From positions 248,001-312,000 of the forward strand of contig JANHCV010000010.1 in the NCBI GenBank assembly GCA_025594325.1: a DNA stretch of 64,000 nucleotides. The letters are read 5' to 3'. Source of the stretch: Blastocladiella emersonii ATCC 22665 (Eukaryota; Fungi; Blastocladiomycota). This document shows positions 31,776 to 44,100 of the stretch, piece by piece. Made by a program: the position numbers and the translations under genes. The notes under the pieces are model-generated. The model was given only the letters and a program-made list of their open reading frames with translations. It searched no databases and was not told where the DNA came from. Each line of letters starts with the position of its first letter. The stretch's first letter is position 1.

Positions 31776-32773
31776 CTAGATATCGTGGAACTCGGCTGCC
31801 GCGTCGACGCAGATGTGGTGGTGGAACGGCAGGTGCAGGTGGTGCTCGGGCCCCGCGGGCTTCGGGTGCGCGTCGAGCTCGGCCTCGACGTTCGGGTCGG
31901 AGACCACCTTGTGCGAGATTCTACACGCGAGCACGTGCGGATGAGCGTCAGTGTTTCATCTTGTGTGATAAGAGCGCGTGTGTGTGCGCGCGCGGCTGCG
32001 AATAGACGACTGGCAGACGGATAACACATGAAACGGAATGTTTTTGATAACTAAGACGAAGGTGGGGAGACGGGAAGATGATCATCAAGAGGGTTGGGGG
32101 GTACTCGCGGGCCTCTGTGCCGCCGGCGCGCGCGCACACACACGTACACAACCACCGAGACAACACTTACTGGTGGTGGTCGCCCGACTCGGGCTCGGGG
32201 AGAATGTCGAGGATCGACGTGTCGAGGACGCGCAGGGTGTTGGTCTTGCCGGACCCGCCGCGCCAGCCCTGGATGGCCATGAACGTGCACTGCGACGGGA
32301 TCAGGCCCATGTGCACGGCGCGCTCGACGGCCCACCGGATGCGCGTGTCGACGTTGGACTGCCACTTGACCAGGTCCTTGGGGTCCGACACCGTCACCTT
32401 GGGCACGTCGTCCACCACCATCGGGTAGCACCCGCGGTACAGGTGGATGGCGCGCGCCGCGCGCTCGTTGCGCGTGACCGCGATGATGGGCACCTTGGGC
32501 CGGTACTTGGACAGCAGCCGCGCAGAGTCGCCCGACGTGGTGAGCACGAAGATGGCCGCAATGTCCTGCTCCTGCGTGCCCATGACGGCCGACGCGGCAA
32601 TCGTCTCCGTGTTGGACCACGGCTTGCGCGACAGGGAGCGCAGCTCGAGGAACGTGGGCGGGTGGCAAACGACCGACTCGGCCTCGCGGCAGATGCGGTG
32701 CATGGTCTCGACGGCCTCGATCGGGTACGCGCCCTTGGCCGTCTCGCCCGACAGCATGACGCAGTCGGCGCCG

Positions 32774-32811
<38 letters not shown>

Positions 32812-34210
32812 CGTGGGCCGCGGGTTGGACGTCATGGACTCGAGCATCTGGGTCGCGCAGATGACGGGCTTGCCCATGATGTTGCACTTGGCGATCATCA
32901 TCTTCTGCGCGACAAACACCTTCTCGAGCGGGATCTCCATGCCGAGGTCGCCGCGCGCCACCATGACGCCGTCCGTCTCGGCCAGGATCTCGTCAAAGTT
33001 GCGCACGCCCTGCAGGTTCTCGATCTTGGAGATGATCTTGATGTGCTTGCCGTTCGGGCCCAGCACGCGCCGGATCTCGCGCACGTCCTCGGCGCGCCGG
33101 ATGAACGACGCAAACACCATGTCGAGGTCCTGCTCCACGGCAAACTGCAGGTCGAGCTTGTCCTTGGCCGAGACCGCGGGCAGGTCGACGTCGGTGCCGG
33201 GCAGGTTCACGTTCTTGCGCGACGTCAGCGTGTGCGTGTTGAGGGCCTTGGCCTTGAGGCTGTGCGCGTCGACAATCTCGAGCACCTCGAACGTGATGTT
33301 GCCGTCCTCGACGTAGATGTGGCGGCCGGGGACCAGCGACTTGGTGAGCGACGGGTAGTCGACGTACAGCGTGGACTCGTCGACCGCCTCCTTGTACGCG
33401 TCGGCGTTGGTGATGGTGATCACCTGGCCGACCTTGTACGTCACCTTGCCGTCGTCCTTGACGAGCCCCGTGCGGATCTCGGGGCCCTTGGTGTCGAGGG
33501 CAATGGCCACGGGGCGGCCGGGCAGCGACTCGAACGAGTCGCGCGCGTTCTTGATCACCGACGCGTGGTACTCGTGCGACCCGTGCGAGAAGTTGAGCCG
33601 CACAATGTTCATGCCAGCCTTGCGCAGCTTGCACATCATCTCGACCGAGTTGGTGTTGGGCCCGATCGTCGCCACAATCGACGTCTTGCGCACCGCCACC
33701 GGGTCGATGGCAATGTCCTGGTGGAACAGCGAGAGGTGCAGGAGCGGACACGACCACCACGAGTGACCGCCGGGGGACGCGGCCATGGCGATACAGAGGG
33801 GGTTGGTACACGGGGGGATGCGTCGGTCAGCGTCATGGTCGGAGGGCAGGGACGAACGTCGCGCCGTCGCGCGAAGGCAGCCGCGAAGCCACCAGCGCGC
33901 GCCGACAGCGCGTTCGTCGCGACGACGCGTTCGTCGACACGGCGGCGGTCTCGCGCGCATCTCCGCCGCGCAGCAGCATAGCATGACACGACACGACACG
34001 CACCATCTTGGACACCCACTCGAGCTTGGAGTTGATCATAAAGTCGGCCATGGCGGGGGCGGAGACGGGGTTCCGTTGCGGCTGCGTGAGGTACGGGAAC
34101 AGCTGCAGCGTCGTCGTGTACGAGGCGGGCGCGGGCTTGAGCGGCGGGGAGAGGGGACCGGGCACGGGCGCGAGGGAGGGGGAGAGCGGAGTCGGTCCCT
34201 GGGAATCCAT
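31776..34210 (-). CDS. CDC19: pyruvate kinase, 3 exons (N-terminal exon 34210/34051-34004; terminal exon 31920-31776)
   Basis: [71 protein letters not shown]. Introns 34003-33718 and 32170-31921. Confidence 0.97.
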
Positions 34211-34421
34211 TCTTGGGAGATGATCAGCGGGTTTGCACGTTTGGGGTCGCGATTAGGATGTGCGCGTGTGAAGCGAGGTGCGAGACGCGCGGCGGGGCCG
34301 GGGCCTTCTTATCGCCCTCACGGCCCTGAGCCACCGCGCCGCCCGCGCCGTATCGTTATGCAGGTTCACGCGTCGTTTATGCAGGACCGCCTACTCTATT
34401 CGTTCATCCCACCATCCCACC

Positions 34422-35261
34422 CTACTCCTGCTTCTTCTCCTCCTCCTTGGGCGGCGCCAGATCCGGGTTGTCGCCCTGCACCTCCGGCCGCGCCTTCTGG
34501 AACGCGGGCAGCAGGGCGAGCGCGGCCGCGACGCGCGTGAGCGTCGGGTACGGCGCCATGTCGACGCCGAACCGGCCCGCGTTGTACAGCTGCGGCACCA
34601 GGCACACGTCGACCTGCGTCACGCTGTCGCCGACGCAGTACTTGCCCGCCGTCTTGGCCACGGCCTTCTCGAGCGCATCGAGACCCGCGGACACCCAGTG
34701 CTTGCCCCACGCCGCGCGCTCGGCCGGGTCCGACGAGACCTTTTGGAGAACGCGCAGGTTCTGCACGGGCTGCGTGTCGGCGGCCAGGATGTTGGCGAGC
34801 GCGCGCACCGTCGCGCGCGCGACGGGGTCCGCGGGGAGGAGCGAAGGGGTGTCGGGGCGCGTCTCGTCGAGGTCTACACGGTCCGGGATCGTCAGCTTGC
34901 GGTCACAGCAGTAGGGGGCGCGCGCGGCGTACACTCGAGGATCGCCATGGACTGCGTCAGCAGGTGTCCGTCGATCTGCAGCGCCGGCACCATGCGCGAC
35001 GGGTTGACGCTGTCGGCGTACTCGTCGGCGCGCTACACTCTGGCGTAGTCAGCCCTTGCACCACCCGCTTCAGCGCAGAGAAGTGTGTACCTGCTCGCCC
35101 TTGAGGAGGTTGACGTACTTTGGCGTGTACTTGATCCCCTTCAGGTTGAGCGCGATGCGCACGCGCCACGAGCACGACGACCGGAAGTACGTGTACAGGA
35201 CCACGTCGTGCTTGTCGGTCACCTGCGGCTGCTTCGGGGTCTCGGTGGTGGCGGTAGACAT
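34422..35261 (-). CDS. GSTZ1: maleylacetoacetate isomerase / GST zeta, 3 exons
   Basis: [14 protein letters not shown] (SSC motif), [23 protein letters not shown]-like [11 protein letters not shown], and [15 protein letters not shown]. Confidence 0.93.
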
Positions 35262-35460
35262 GGTTGGTTGCATGGACAGTCAGGGACGCAAGGAGACGAG
35301 AGGGGGAGCGGGTTGGGGAGGAGCGAGAAGGGATCGGCCGGCGACCCGGCGCCGCCCACGTGGTGACCGCGACGCGTCTCACGCTGACGCGTGCGGGTGT
35401 CTCTCACCTGCCATCCTCTCGCGACGCGTCGACAGAGGCAGAGAGCCGGAGAGAGTGCAT

Positions 35461-36278
35461 TCACAGGGAATCGAGGATGCGCTGGATCTTGGGGTCGGCC
35501 TCGCACAGCGTCCTACAACACACAGTCAGTGCCATCGAAGCACCAGCGGAGAGCAAGCGTACCGGATATGCTTCCAGTCCTCGACGCCCAAACTCCCATC
35601 CGCGTCGAGATCCAGCCTCGCCATGAGCGCCTCGAAATCGCCCGGCGCGACAATCGGCTCGAGCTGGTTCGCCGTGGCGATACACCCGCGCACCGCCGGT
35701 TCCGCCATGACCACGCCGTCGTTGCTCGGGACGTGGTAGTTGGCGGCGATCAGCTTGCTCAGATCGCCGTACGTGGCGCGCGCCATGTCCTTTTTCCGGT
35801 GCAGCACCTTGACCAGCGTCGGGAGCGAGATCTCGCGGTCCTCTTTCGTGTTCCCGCCCAGCAGCGCCCGCGTCAGCTTCTCGGGCAGGTCCGGGAAGTA
35901 GAAGGCCAAAAAGTCGCGGATCTCGGTCCGCGTCACCCGCTGGCCGTCCGACGACAGGAACAGGAAGGCTGCCGCGAGCTCGGCGGACGACAGCGCGATC
36001 TGTTGCGACGAGAGCGCCGCGGCTTCGGCGGCAGCGCGCGCGGCGGCGGCTTCCGGCGTCTCGACCTCGGGCTCGTCGACGGCCGCGGACGACTGGAGCG
36101 CGTTCGTCGAGCTCGCGGCGAGCGTTGCGGCGGAACCCTGCGCGGCGGCGGCGGGAGGTGCACCACCCGTCGCGTCCGCGGGCGGGGCGGGCGGCAGCTG
36201 CCCGCTCGACCCGGCGAGCGGCTTGCCGGCCGAGTTGACGCGTTGCTGGCCCACTGCGGATGGTTCGTTTGATGACAT
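35461..36278 (-). CDS. divergent EF-hand (calmodulin/centrin-like) protein, 2 exons
   Basis: Canonical EF loop DLDADGSLGVED plus degenerate EF-like helices. A GTACGC..TAG intron joins to a final exon TLCEADPKIQRILDSL*. Confidence 0.65.
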
Positions 36279-36465
36279 CGTTCTTCTTGCTGTGGTCGTT
36301 GAGGGGGAGAGGAGACGCGTCGCCCCGAAGAACGTGCTACGCCACCCGGCCGACCTGCTGCCGCCGGCCGCCCGCTTCATCGCGCCGGCCAGGGACAACG
36401 CACCGCAAACACAACCCACCGACATCCTCCTGCCATGAATGCGACTTGATGCAACACCGGCCACC

Positions 36466-38814
36466 ATGATCCGCACCCGCACCGGCTGCTTCCGACGAGC
36501 GTGGCTCCTGGCGCTTCTTCTCCTCTTCGCCGTCGCCAACGCGCAAGACCCGCCCGCAACCGAGCAGAGCGGGCCCGTCCCCCCGCGCGCCGCCCCCATC
36601 ATGCCCGCGCGCGCCGCCCCTACTACCCCGGCGGCGACCGACCCGCGCTCGCTCGACTCGGTCGGCACCTCGACGCCGTGGACCGCCTCCGCGTCCTCGC
36701 CTGCGGCCGCGGCAGTGGCGCTCGACACGGCGTTCCGCTCCCTGCGCGAGCTGCAGCTCACGGTCCCGCTGCACCGCCTGCTCCTACCGTCGCTCGACGC
36801 GCGGGTCCGGTTCGGCGGCGGGCGCAACTTCTCGACGGCGCGCATCGACGCCCTCGCCGACCCGCTGTTCTGGGGGTACCGCCGCCTCCTCCTCGACCTG
36901 TACTGGGACGCCGGCCGGAACGCGTGGCAGGTGTGTCCCGTCGCGTACCCGTTCCCGCTCGAGACCGCGGTGAATGCGACGCGGTTCAGCGGGGAGGATG
37001 TAACGCTGGATGTCCCGCCCGCGGACCGCGAGCGGTTGGGCGGCGCGACGACTGTCGTGTGCAGGGCAAGACCGGGGGGAGACGACTGGGCGCGCGCGCT
37101 CCGTGAGCTGTACGACTACGTCCAGGCGACGCACAACCCGACGCAGTACGCGTTCGTCGTCGTCGGGCTCCGGACGTGGGATCTCGGGGTCCCGCCGCGC
37201 AACGCGACCGCCGCGGCGAACGGGACCGCGACCGCCCTCCTGCCGACACCGACGGTCGCGCCGGTGCCCGTCGTCACCACGTCCGCGTCGCTCACCGTCG
37301 TCAACGGGACCACGTCGACCGTCCTCGTCCCCGTGACGCTGCCCGCCGCGACCCCGACCCCAACCTCGACGACGCCGTCGCTCGAGCCCACGCAGACGCC
37401 CTTCACCGCGCTCGCCGACCAGCTGCGCCTGTACTTCAACTCGACGCTGTTCACGCCGCGGCTCATGTCGAACCTGACCTCGCCCTCGTCACAACAAAAC
37501 GCCTCGTCGCTGCTCCCGCCGTGGCACCGCGCCGACTCGCGGTACAACACGGCGCGCACGCTCGTGTTCCCGACGCTCGGCGACCTGATCCGCCACCCGG
37601 TCCAGCCGCGCCGCCGCATCGCTTTTGTCGCCGCCGACCGCGCGTTTTTCGCGAGACCGCCCGCCGGGTATAACGGGACTGCAGCCGACGCCGACGTCCT
37701 GTTCCCGCGCGACCTAATGCTCACGTCCGACTGGCCTGCGGGGAGCGACGCGGTCGTCCCGCTCGGGGTGCCCGCGGGGGTCCCGCCGACGGTCCCGTTC
37801 GCCGCGATTGCCGGAGCGCCGGTATCAGCGACGCAGGTGCCCGACGCGCCGTGGGCAGCGCCGCCCGCCCTCATCGACTGCCCGCGGCTCGCGGGGCCCG
37901 TGGTCGCGGCGGCGGGGAACGAGTCGGTTTCGACGCTGTCCCCCGAACCCGATGGCGGGAGCCGCGTCCCGTCGGCGTTCCTGACCCTCGGCGACACGCG
38001 CGACCGCGCGTTCACGTTCGCGTCGGCGAGCGTCGCGGCCGGGTGCGGTTTCGCGCCGCACGTCGCGAACCCACCGCCCGCTGGCGTCGATACCGACACG
38101 TACCTCAAGCAGCTCCTGGTCGCGACCGTGTGGCCTTGGCCCGCGATGCAGCCGGCCAACGACACGGCGGCCGTGTGCGCGCTCGCCACTACCACCGCCT
38201 TACACGTCGGGACGGGCCCAGGCAACGCGACGGGCGCAGCGTGGGTCCCCGCGCGGTGCCTCGACCTGCACTATGTCGCGTGCCAGAACACGTCGGACCC
38301 GCACGACTGGCGGCTGTCGACGGCCAAGTTCGCGTGGTTCGATGCGGCTGCCGCGACCGTCCGCGGCGCCGCGTGGGCCAACGAGGGCCAGGCGGGCGGC
38401 GACCAGCTCGCCGACGACCTCGCGGCGCGCGGGAGCAACCGCGTACTCGCGTCGCCGCCGTGTCCCGCGGGGACCGCGTTCGCGGTGCCCCGCACGCCGA
38501 GCCAGAACTGGTACCTGACGCGCGTTTTGGTGGCGAACGGCGTCGACCACGCGTGGACATTCTTCTCAGCCGTCCGGACCACCGGGTGCTGGACCGTCGG
38601 CGGCGACCGGTGCGCGTACGCGAGCGACGACGGCGGGCGGATCCAGGAGATTATCACCGTGAGTCTGATCGGCGGGCTGCTCGTGTTGCTGACGGTCGGC
38701 GTGTTCCTCTGGATCAAGTGCAGGAGGTACAACCGCGTGTCCAAGACTGAGGCGCGGCATAACGAGGTCAAGAAGCGGATCAAGCGCATCGAGTACTCGA
38801 GCGTGCCCGCTTAA
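36466..38814 (+). CDS. type I membrane glycoprotein, MTC6-like (PLC-like N-domain, C-type-lectin-like Cys region)
   Basis: ccaccATG start; signal peptide AWLLALLLLFAVANA; WGYRRLLLDLYWD; paired Cys (C..W..ARC...ACQ, C..GTAFAVPRT); many N-x-S/T sites; TM IITVSLIGGLLVLLTVGVFLWI then KCRR. The MTC6 assignment is from memory of the family. Confidence 0.65.
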   Translation: MIRTRTGCFRRAWLLALLLLFAVANAQDPPATEQSGPVPPRAAPIMPARAAPTTPAATDPRSLDSVGTSTPWTASASSPAAAAVALDTAFRSLRELQLTVPLHRLLLPSLDARVRFGGGRNFSTARIDALADPLFWGYRRLLLDLYWDAGRNAWQVCPVAYPFPLETAVNATRFSGEDVTLDVPPADRERLGGATTVVCRARPGGDDWARALRELYDYVQATHNPTQYAFVVVGLRTWDLGVPPRNATAAANGTATALLPTPTVAPVPVVTTSASLTVVNGTTSTVLVPVTLPAATPTPTSTTPSLEPTQTPFTALADQLRLYFNSTLFTPRLMSNLTSPSSQQNASSLLPPWHRADSRYNTARTLVFPTLGDLIRHPVQPRRRIAFVAADRAFFARPPAGYNGTAADADVLFPRDLMLTSDWPAGSDAVVPLGVPAGVPPTVPFAAIAGAPVSATQVPDAPWAAPPALIDCPRLAGPVVAAAGNESVSTLSPEPDGGSRVPSAFLTLGDTRDRAFTFASASVAAGCGFAPHVANPPPAGVDTDTYLKQLLVATVWPWPAMQPANDTAAVCALATTTALHVGTGPGNATGAAWVPARCLDLHYVACQNTSDPHDWRLSTAKFAWFDAAAATVRGAAWANEGQAGGDQLADDLAARGSNRVLASPPCPAGTAFAVPRTPSQNWYLTRVLVANGVDHAWTFFSAVRTTGCWTVGGDRCAYASDDGGRIQEIITVSLIGGLLVLLTVGVFLWIKCRRYNRVSKTEARHNEVKKRIKRIEYSSVPA

Positions 38815-38881
38815 AAGAAGTTGAGTTGCAATCCGTCATCTATTCATTCGTATATACACGTTCCATCATTGCAAACGTTCG

Positions 38882-40324
38882 CTACCGCGGCCGGCCGGGG
38901 TATTGCCCTACGGGCACCCCACCGCCGCCGCCGTTCGGAGGAGAACCGGACCCGGGACCGACGTACGGCAGCCCGCCGAGCACCGGCGTCGGAAGCACGC
39001 CACCCGGCTGGTACCCCGCGGGTCCCGGCGGCTGCACGCCGTGCGGGACCGGCAGCGCGCACGCAGCCGCTGGCGGGGGCGGGACCACGCCGTACGGCGC
39101 GGGGAGCCCGCCTGTAGGCGGCGAAGGGAGGACGTGAGGGAGCCCGGTGGCGGCGTACGGCGCCGGCAGCCCGCCGACAGGCGGAAGCGGGAGCCCGCCC
39201 GTTGGCGCGAGCGGCAGCGGGAGCGGGTGCGGCGACGCGTGGTGCCCGTGCCCGTGCGGCGCAGGCAGCGCGGCGGGGTTCAGCGGCATCGGCATGGCGA
39301 GGGAGCCCGCCGCGGCCGCGGCGGCCGCGTTCGGGATCGATGGGCGGCGGTGCGGTTCGGCGGCGGAGCCGGTCGAGGAAGCGGAAACCGAGGAAGTCGG
39401 TGGCGGCGGCGGGGTCGGGACGAGCGGGACCGCGTACGGCCCGCCGGCGGGCGCCTTGCCCGGCTGGACGACGGGGACCGGGTTCCCGTTGGACCCGCGG
39501 CGCGGCGGGAGCGGGTCCTTGGCGAGCGGCGGTGGCGCGGGAGACTCGGAGGTGGTAGGCGACGGCGGCGACGCGCCCGCAACCGACGATGGCCCGCCGA
39601 GCGACGGCGGCGGCTTGACCCGGGCGAGCGCGGTGAGCGAGTCGCGGACGATCTGCATGGTGACGTCGGCGCCGCGGTACGCGGGGCGCGGCTCGCCGAC
39701 CGGCAACCCCGTGGGGAGCTGGTCGGCGACGTACTTGCCGTAGACCCCCAGCACGTCGAGCTGGAGCCCGAGGTGGCGGAACGCGTCGAAGCGCAGGTGC
39801 AGCGCCGACTTGAGCGTGGCGCGCTTGAACTCGGCGAGCTCGTCCTCGGCCGCGACGAGCGCGGCTTCCGCGGCCGTCACCTCGCGGCGCGCGTCGTCGA
39901 CGGCCGTGGACCCGGCGCCCGGGTTCGCGCCCGAGGCGCGGTGCGCGGCACGCTCGGCTTTCGCCAGCGCGGCCTCGGCGGCGCGGTACCGGTCGCGCAC
40001 GGGCTGCACCTTGTGCTCGGCGTCGCGCACGCGCTTCAGGGCGTCGCGGTACCGGTCCTGGTGCCCCGCAAACTGCTCGAGGCAGTCGGCCACCTTCTGC
40101 AGAATCGACCCGGCCTTGTCCGTCACGTCGCGCAGGTCCGCGTCGTCCTCGTCCACGCCCCATTTCGCGAAGTACCGCGCCGCCTCGCGCTGCTCGTGCG
40201 CGTACTCGTGCGCGTGGCGGACCGCGTCCTTTTCCTCGTGCAGGTACACGTCCAGCTCGTGGTGGTCGTGGCCCGCCAGCGAGCGGTCCAGGTTGCGACG
40301 CCACGCTTGTAGCCGCGAGGACAT
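38882..40324 (-). CDS. Pil1/Lsp1-like (eisosome) BAR-domain protein with Pro/Gly-rich tail
   Basis: AARYFAKWG..DDADLRDVTDK, YRDALKRVRDAEHKVQPVRDR, EVTAAEAALVAAE, FDAF and YGK match the Pil1/Lsp1 pattern (K.LS.WG..DD..DITDK; YR..LK.IR..E.SVQPSR.R; YGK). ATG at 40324. Confidence 0.8.
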   Translation of the reverse strand: MSSRLQAWRRNLDRSLAGHDHHELDVYLHEEKDAVRHAHEYAHEQREAARYFAKWGVDEDDADLRDVTDKAGSILQKVADCLEQFAGHQDRYRDALKRVRDAEHKVQPVRDRYRAAEAALAKAERAAHRASGANPGAGSTAVDDARREVTAAEAALVAAEDELAEFKRATLKSALHLRFDAFRHLGLQLDVLGVYGKYVADQLPTGLPVGEPRPAYRGADVTMQIVRDSLTALARVKPPPSLGGPSSVAGASPPSPTTSESPAPPPLAKDPLPPRRGSNGNPVPVVQPGKAPAGGPYAVPLVPTPPPPPTSSVSASSTGSAAEPHRRPSIPNAAAAAAAGSLAMPMPLNPAALPAPHGHGHHASPHPLPLPLAPTGGLPLPPVGGLPAPYAATGLPHVLPSPPTGGLPAPYGVVPPPPAAACALPVPHGVQPPGPAGYQPGGVLPTPVLGGLPYVGPGSGSPPNGGGGGVPVGQYPGRPR

Positions 40325-41114
40325 CTTGGGTGGTGTGTGTGTTACGTTGCAAAGGGTCTGATGTTGGTGGGCAGGGAGAGAGAGGGGACCGGCCGGGGGC
40401 CGTGGCACCCTTTATACGCCCCGCCCTGCCATCGCCACACTCGTTACTGGCGGCCAGGGACCCCTCCTCCCTCACGGTGGCCATGGCCGTAAGCAGCCCG
40501 TCAGCAGCCCGGATGGCGCAGCCCCATTGCGCAGACCCCCCTCTCTCCCTCCTCCCTCGCCGATGCCGCGCGCGAGGACCCACCCTCCTCGTTCAACACA
40601 CGTTCGTCCGTCAGTGACGCTCGTGCGGCAGAGGCTGGGAAGCCCGCGCATTTCGTCAGCGGCGCCGGCCAAGTGACGCGGCGGCGGCCGAGTGTGCCCA
40701 GAAATGGGCCGGGCGCGAGTCAGCCGCCGCCTTGGCCGACTTGGCCGCGGCCAGGGACTCGGCCACCGACGGCCGGCGCGGTCGAGGCTTGACTGACGGC
40801 TGCGGCGAAGGGTCGGGGCGTGTCGCGTCGCTAAGCGAGAATCGGAGGGGAGGACGGGAGGGGGTGCGACGCGGCGGCGACGTGCAGGCGACCGAGACGG
40901 GGTTCCTGCGTCGCTGACACGCTCGCGGTCGACTCCGACATGAACTCTCGGCGATGAGAGCGTGAGCATCTTCGCGACGACGCGAGGAGGAAGGGAGGAG
41001 AGGCAGAGGGAGAGACAGGAGCGACTCACTCCTCCGCGGTCGCACGAAGCGGCCGTCACGCCAAGTCGGCGCCGCGTCGCACTCCTTGCCGCCTCACCCG
41101 ACCGCCCCCCTGCC

Positions 41115-44100
41115 ATGCATCCGACCGACCCGGCGCCCGCGCGCCGCTTGGTGCAATGCGACCTGCGCGCCGCCGCCCCCGTCTTCATCGATCTCGCGTG
41201 GGCCCGCGAGCCCGCCGCCACTGCCGCCGCTGAGACGAACGGCGGTGGTGACATCGACGACGACACGGACAGCGATATCGTCGTCGTCGAGCCTGCCAAG
41301 GAGCCTGCTGTCGATCCCGTCCGGCTCAACGTCCGCGTTCTCGTCGACGGGCGCTCGTGGTTCGCTGCTTCTGGTGCGCATGTCCCGCAAGGGCAACGTT
41401 ATTCGCGGCCGAGAGCTGATCAGGAGTCCGTGTAGCCGACACCGACATGCTCCTCGCGATGCGCCCGCCCGGCATGGAGGCCGCCGAGTTCCTCGACTAC
41501 CTGCGCGACCAGCTCGGCCTCGCCGCTCCGCAGGGCGAGACCGCGACCGTCTCGGCGGTCCCCGACGCCGACTGCACGTGGCGAGTCACGGCGCGGACCA
41601 CGCGTGCGCCTCGGGTACGCTAAGCCGCGCACACACACGCGCGATAGAGACTGATTGCGCGTCGCGTCGTGTAGCTCGATATCCTGAACCTGCACCTCGC
41701 CCCCGTCGCCGACGCCGAGGAGGCCGCCGAGCACCTCGTCTCGCTCCTCGCCTTCTGCGCCGCCCGCGCGCCCGCCGCCGAGCCGTCTGGTGCTCCCGCC
41801 ACCGCCTCGACCCGCCGCACCTCGGCCTCCACCGCCGCCGCCGCCGCCAAATCCACGTCGGCCAAGGCGCCCGCGAAAAAGTCCTCCTCGTCTTCCACCG
41901 AAAAGGAGCGCGAGCGCTTGGCCAAGGAGGCCGAGAAGGAGGCGCGCGAGGCCGAGCGCCTGGCCAAGCAGCGCGAGCGCGACGAGGCCAAGGCCGAGAA
42001 GGAGGCGCGCGAGGCCGAGCGCCTGGCCAAGCAGCGCGAGCGCGACGAGGCCAAGGCCGAGAAGCTCCGCGAGAAGCAGGCGCGCGACGCCGAAAAGGAG
42101 CGCGCCCGCCTCGAGCGCGAGCGCGCCAAGGCCGAAAAGGAAAGGGAGAAGAAGAAACCCCTTGGCAGTACCTCCATCATGGGCATGTTCGTCAAACGCA
42201 CCGCCAAGCCCGCGCCCGCGCCTGCCGCCGCGGGTGGGGTCGCGGAGAAGCGGTACTTTGACGCCGTGTTCACCGATTTCATGGTCCGCAAGGACGTGTA
42301 CATGTGCCCGCCCGTCGCACACGCGGTCGCGGTGGATGCCGAGCCCAAGGACCCCATGGCGTGGCTCCGCTGGGTCCGCGCGCAGAAGCCCCCCGCGGTC
42401 CCGCTCGACCGCGTGATCCCGGGCTTCTCTTCGTCGACCGCCGCCACTGACGACGACATCATCGAGGTCGTCCTGCGGTTCAAGCTGCTCCAGTTCGCCG
42501 GCAACCGCCGCCCCGCGTACTGGGGCACGTGGCGCAAGCGGTCCCCGCGCGTCCACGGCCGCCGCCCGTTCGGCCGCGACCCCGCCGTCTTCGACTACGA
42601 CTACGACTCGGAGGCCGAGTGGGAGGAGGACGAGGAGGGCGAGGAGATCCGGTCCGACGACGACGACGACGACGACGAGGACGTCGACGCCGGCGAGTCC
42701 GAGGACGAGACCGGGTGGCTCGTCGACGACGATTCGCCCGCCACGCGCGTCGCTGCGCCCGCGATGGCGGTCAGCGCGAGCGCGGCAAGTGCGGCGGCGG
42801 GGCCTAAGAAGCGCGTCATGCGCAGCCTCGCGCCGATCGTCCTCGGCCCGTTCGACGTCGCTGACGAGTGTCCGCACCCGGCGCTCGAGGACTACGCCGC
42901 TGTCTTCTTTGGCGGTACGTCTTCTCGCTGCTTGCTTCGTGACGACGCTCACTCACGCCCGCGCGCCCGGTGTAGGTCTCACCGGTCCCGTTGATCCGCG
43001 CGCGCCCGCCGTGGTCCACGCGGCCGAGTCCTCGTCGGCGACCGGCGGCAGTGCGGCGGCCTCAGCGGCCCACCACGCCACCGCTACCGCCACCGCCAAC
43101 CACTCGCGCCGGTCTACCGCCCACGCGTTCCCCGAGGAGCATATCCTCAAGTTCATTCGCGTACGTCTGGCGAAACGGCTTACCGCACTGCGAATGCTCA
43201 CCATCGCTGATGTAGATGGTGCACGGCAACCCGCACGGCGTCATGAAGATTGTCGAGGAGCTCAAGGCCACGTACGTGCTCACGCTTCGCGACGGGGCGG
43301 TTTCGCGGGCTGACCTCGTTGTTGCGCGGTAGTCCCGAGTTCGCCAACACGGCCAAGACGCAGCTCGAGGCCAAGCTCAAGCTGATCACGGTCAAGGAGA
43401 AGCGGTTGAGCTCGGTACGCACGCCATCCGCTGCGTCGGTATTGCCGCTCATACTCGCCTGTGTAGCGGTCCTGCTTCTACGTCCGCGACGCCGTGCTCA
43501 AGGAACACAAGCTCTCGCCTGCGACGCTCACCGTCGAGGACGACGACGACGATATCGATTTTGTCGGCGAGACCCCCGCCAAACTGCCCGCCCCCGCCGC
43601 CGCCGGCGCTGGCGCGACGCCGACCTCGCCCGCCCGCGGCCCGTCCATCAAGTCGCTGTTGTTGAACACGGCGTCCGTGTCGATCCCGGCCATCCCGCCG
43701 CCCGCGAACCCAAAGAAGCGGCTTGACGACTTTGCCGTCGAGACCGACGTGCCGTCCAAGCGGCAGCGGCTCAACAGCACGGGCGCTACGCCGACCCGCC
43801 CGCCCGCCGCGGTTTCCTCTTCATCGACGACCGCGTCCTCGCTGCTCCTCCCGCCCAAGCTCGCCATCGTCGGCGGCTCGCCCGTGCGGTCCCGTACCCC
43901 GACGCCGATCGTCATCACCATCAGCTCCGAGCCCGACGAGGCCTCCTTGCCCGGCGCCGCGCCGGCCGACGGCGACGGCGACGGCGACGCCGCCATGGCC
44001 GAGGTGTACTACGACTTTGCCCAACTCGACACCCTCCCTCCGACCTCGCCCGCCGACGCGCTCAACATCGTCAAGCAGCTCGCGCTCGGCACCGACGCGC

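Noticed and set aside
32038-33981. 647-aa plus-strand ORF (and similar long antisense ORFs over the PAS, MTC6-like and Pil1-like genes)
   Set aside because: These are antisense shadows of highly GC3-biased genes.
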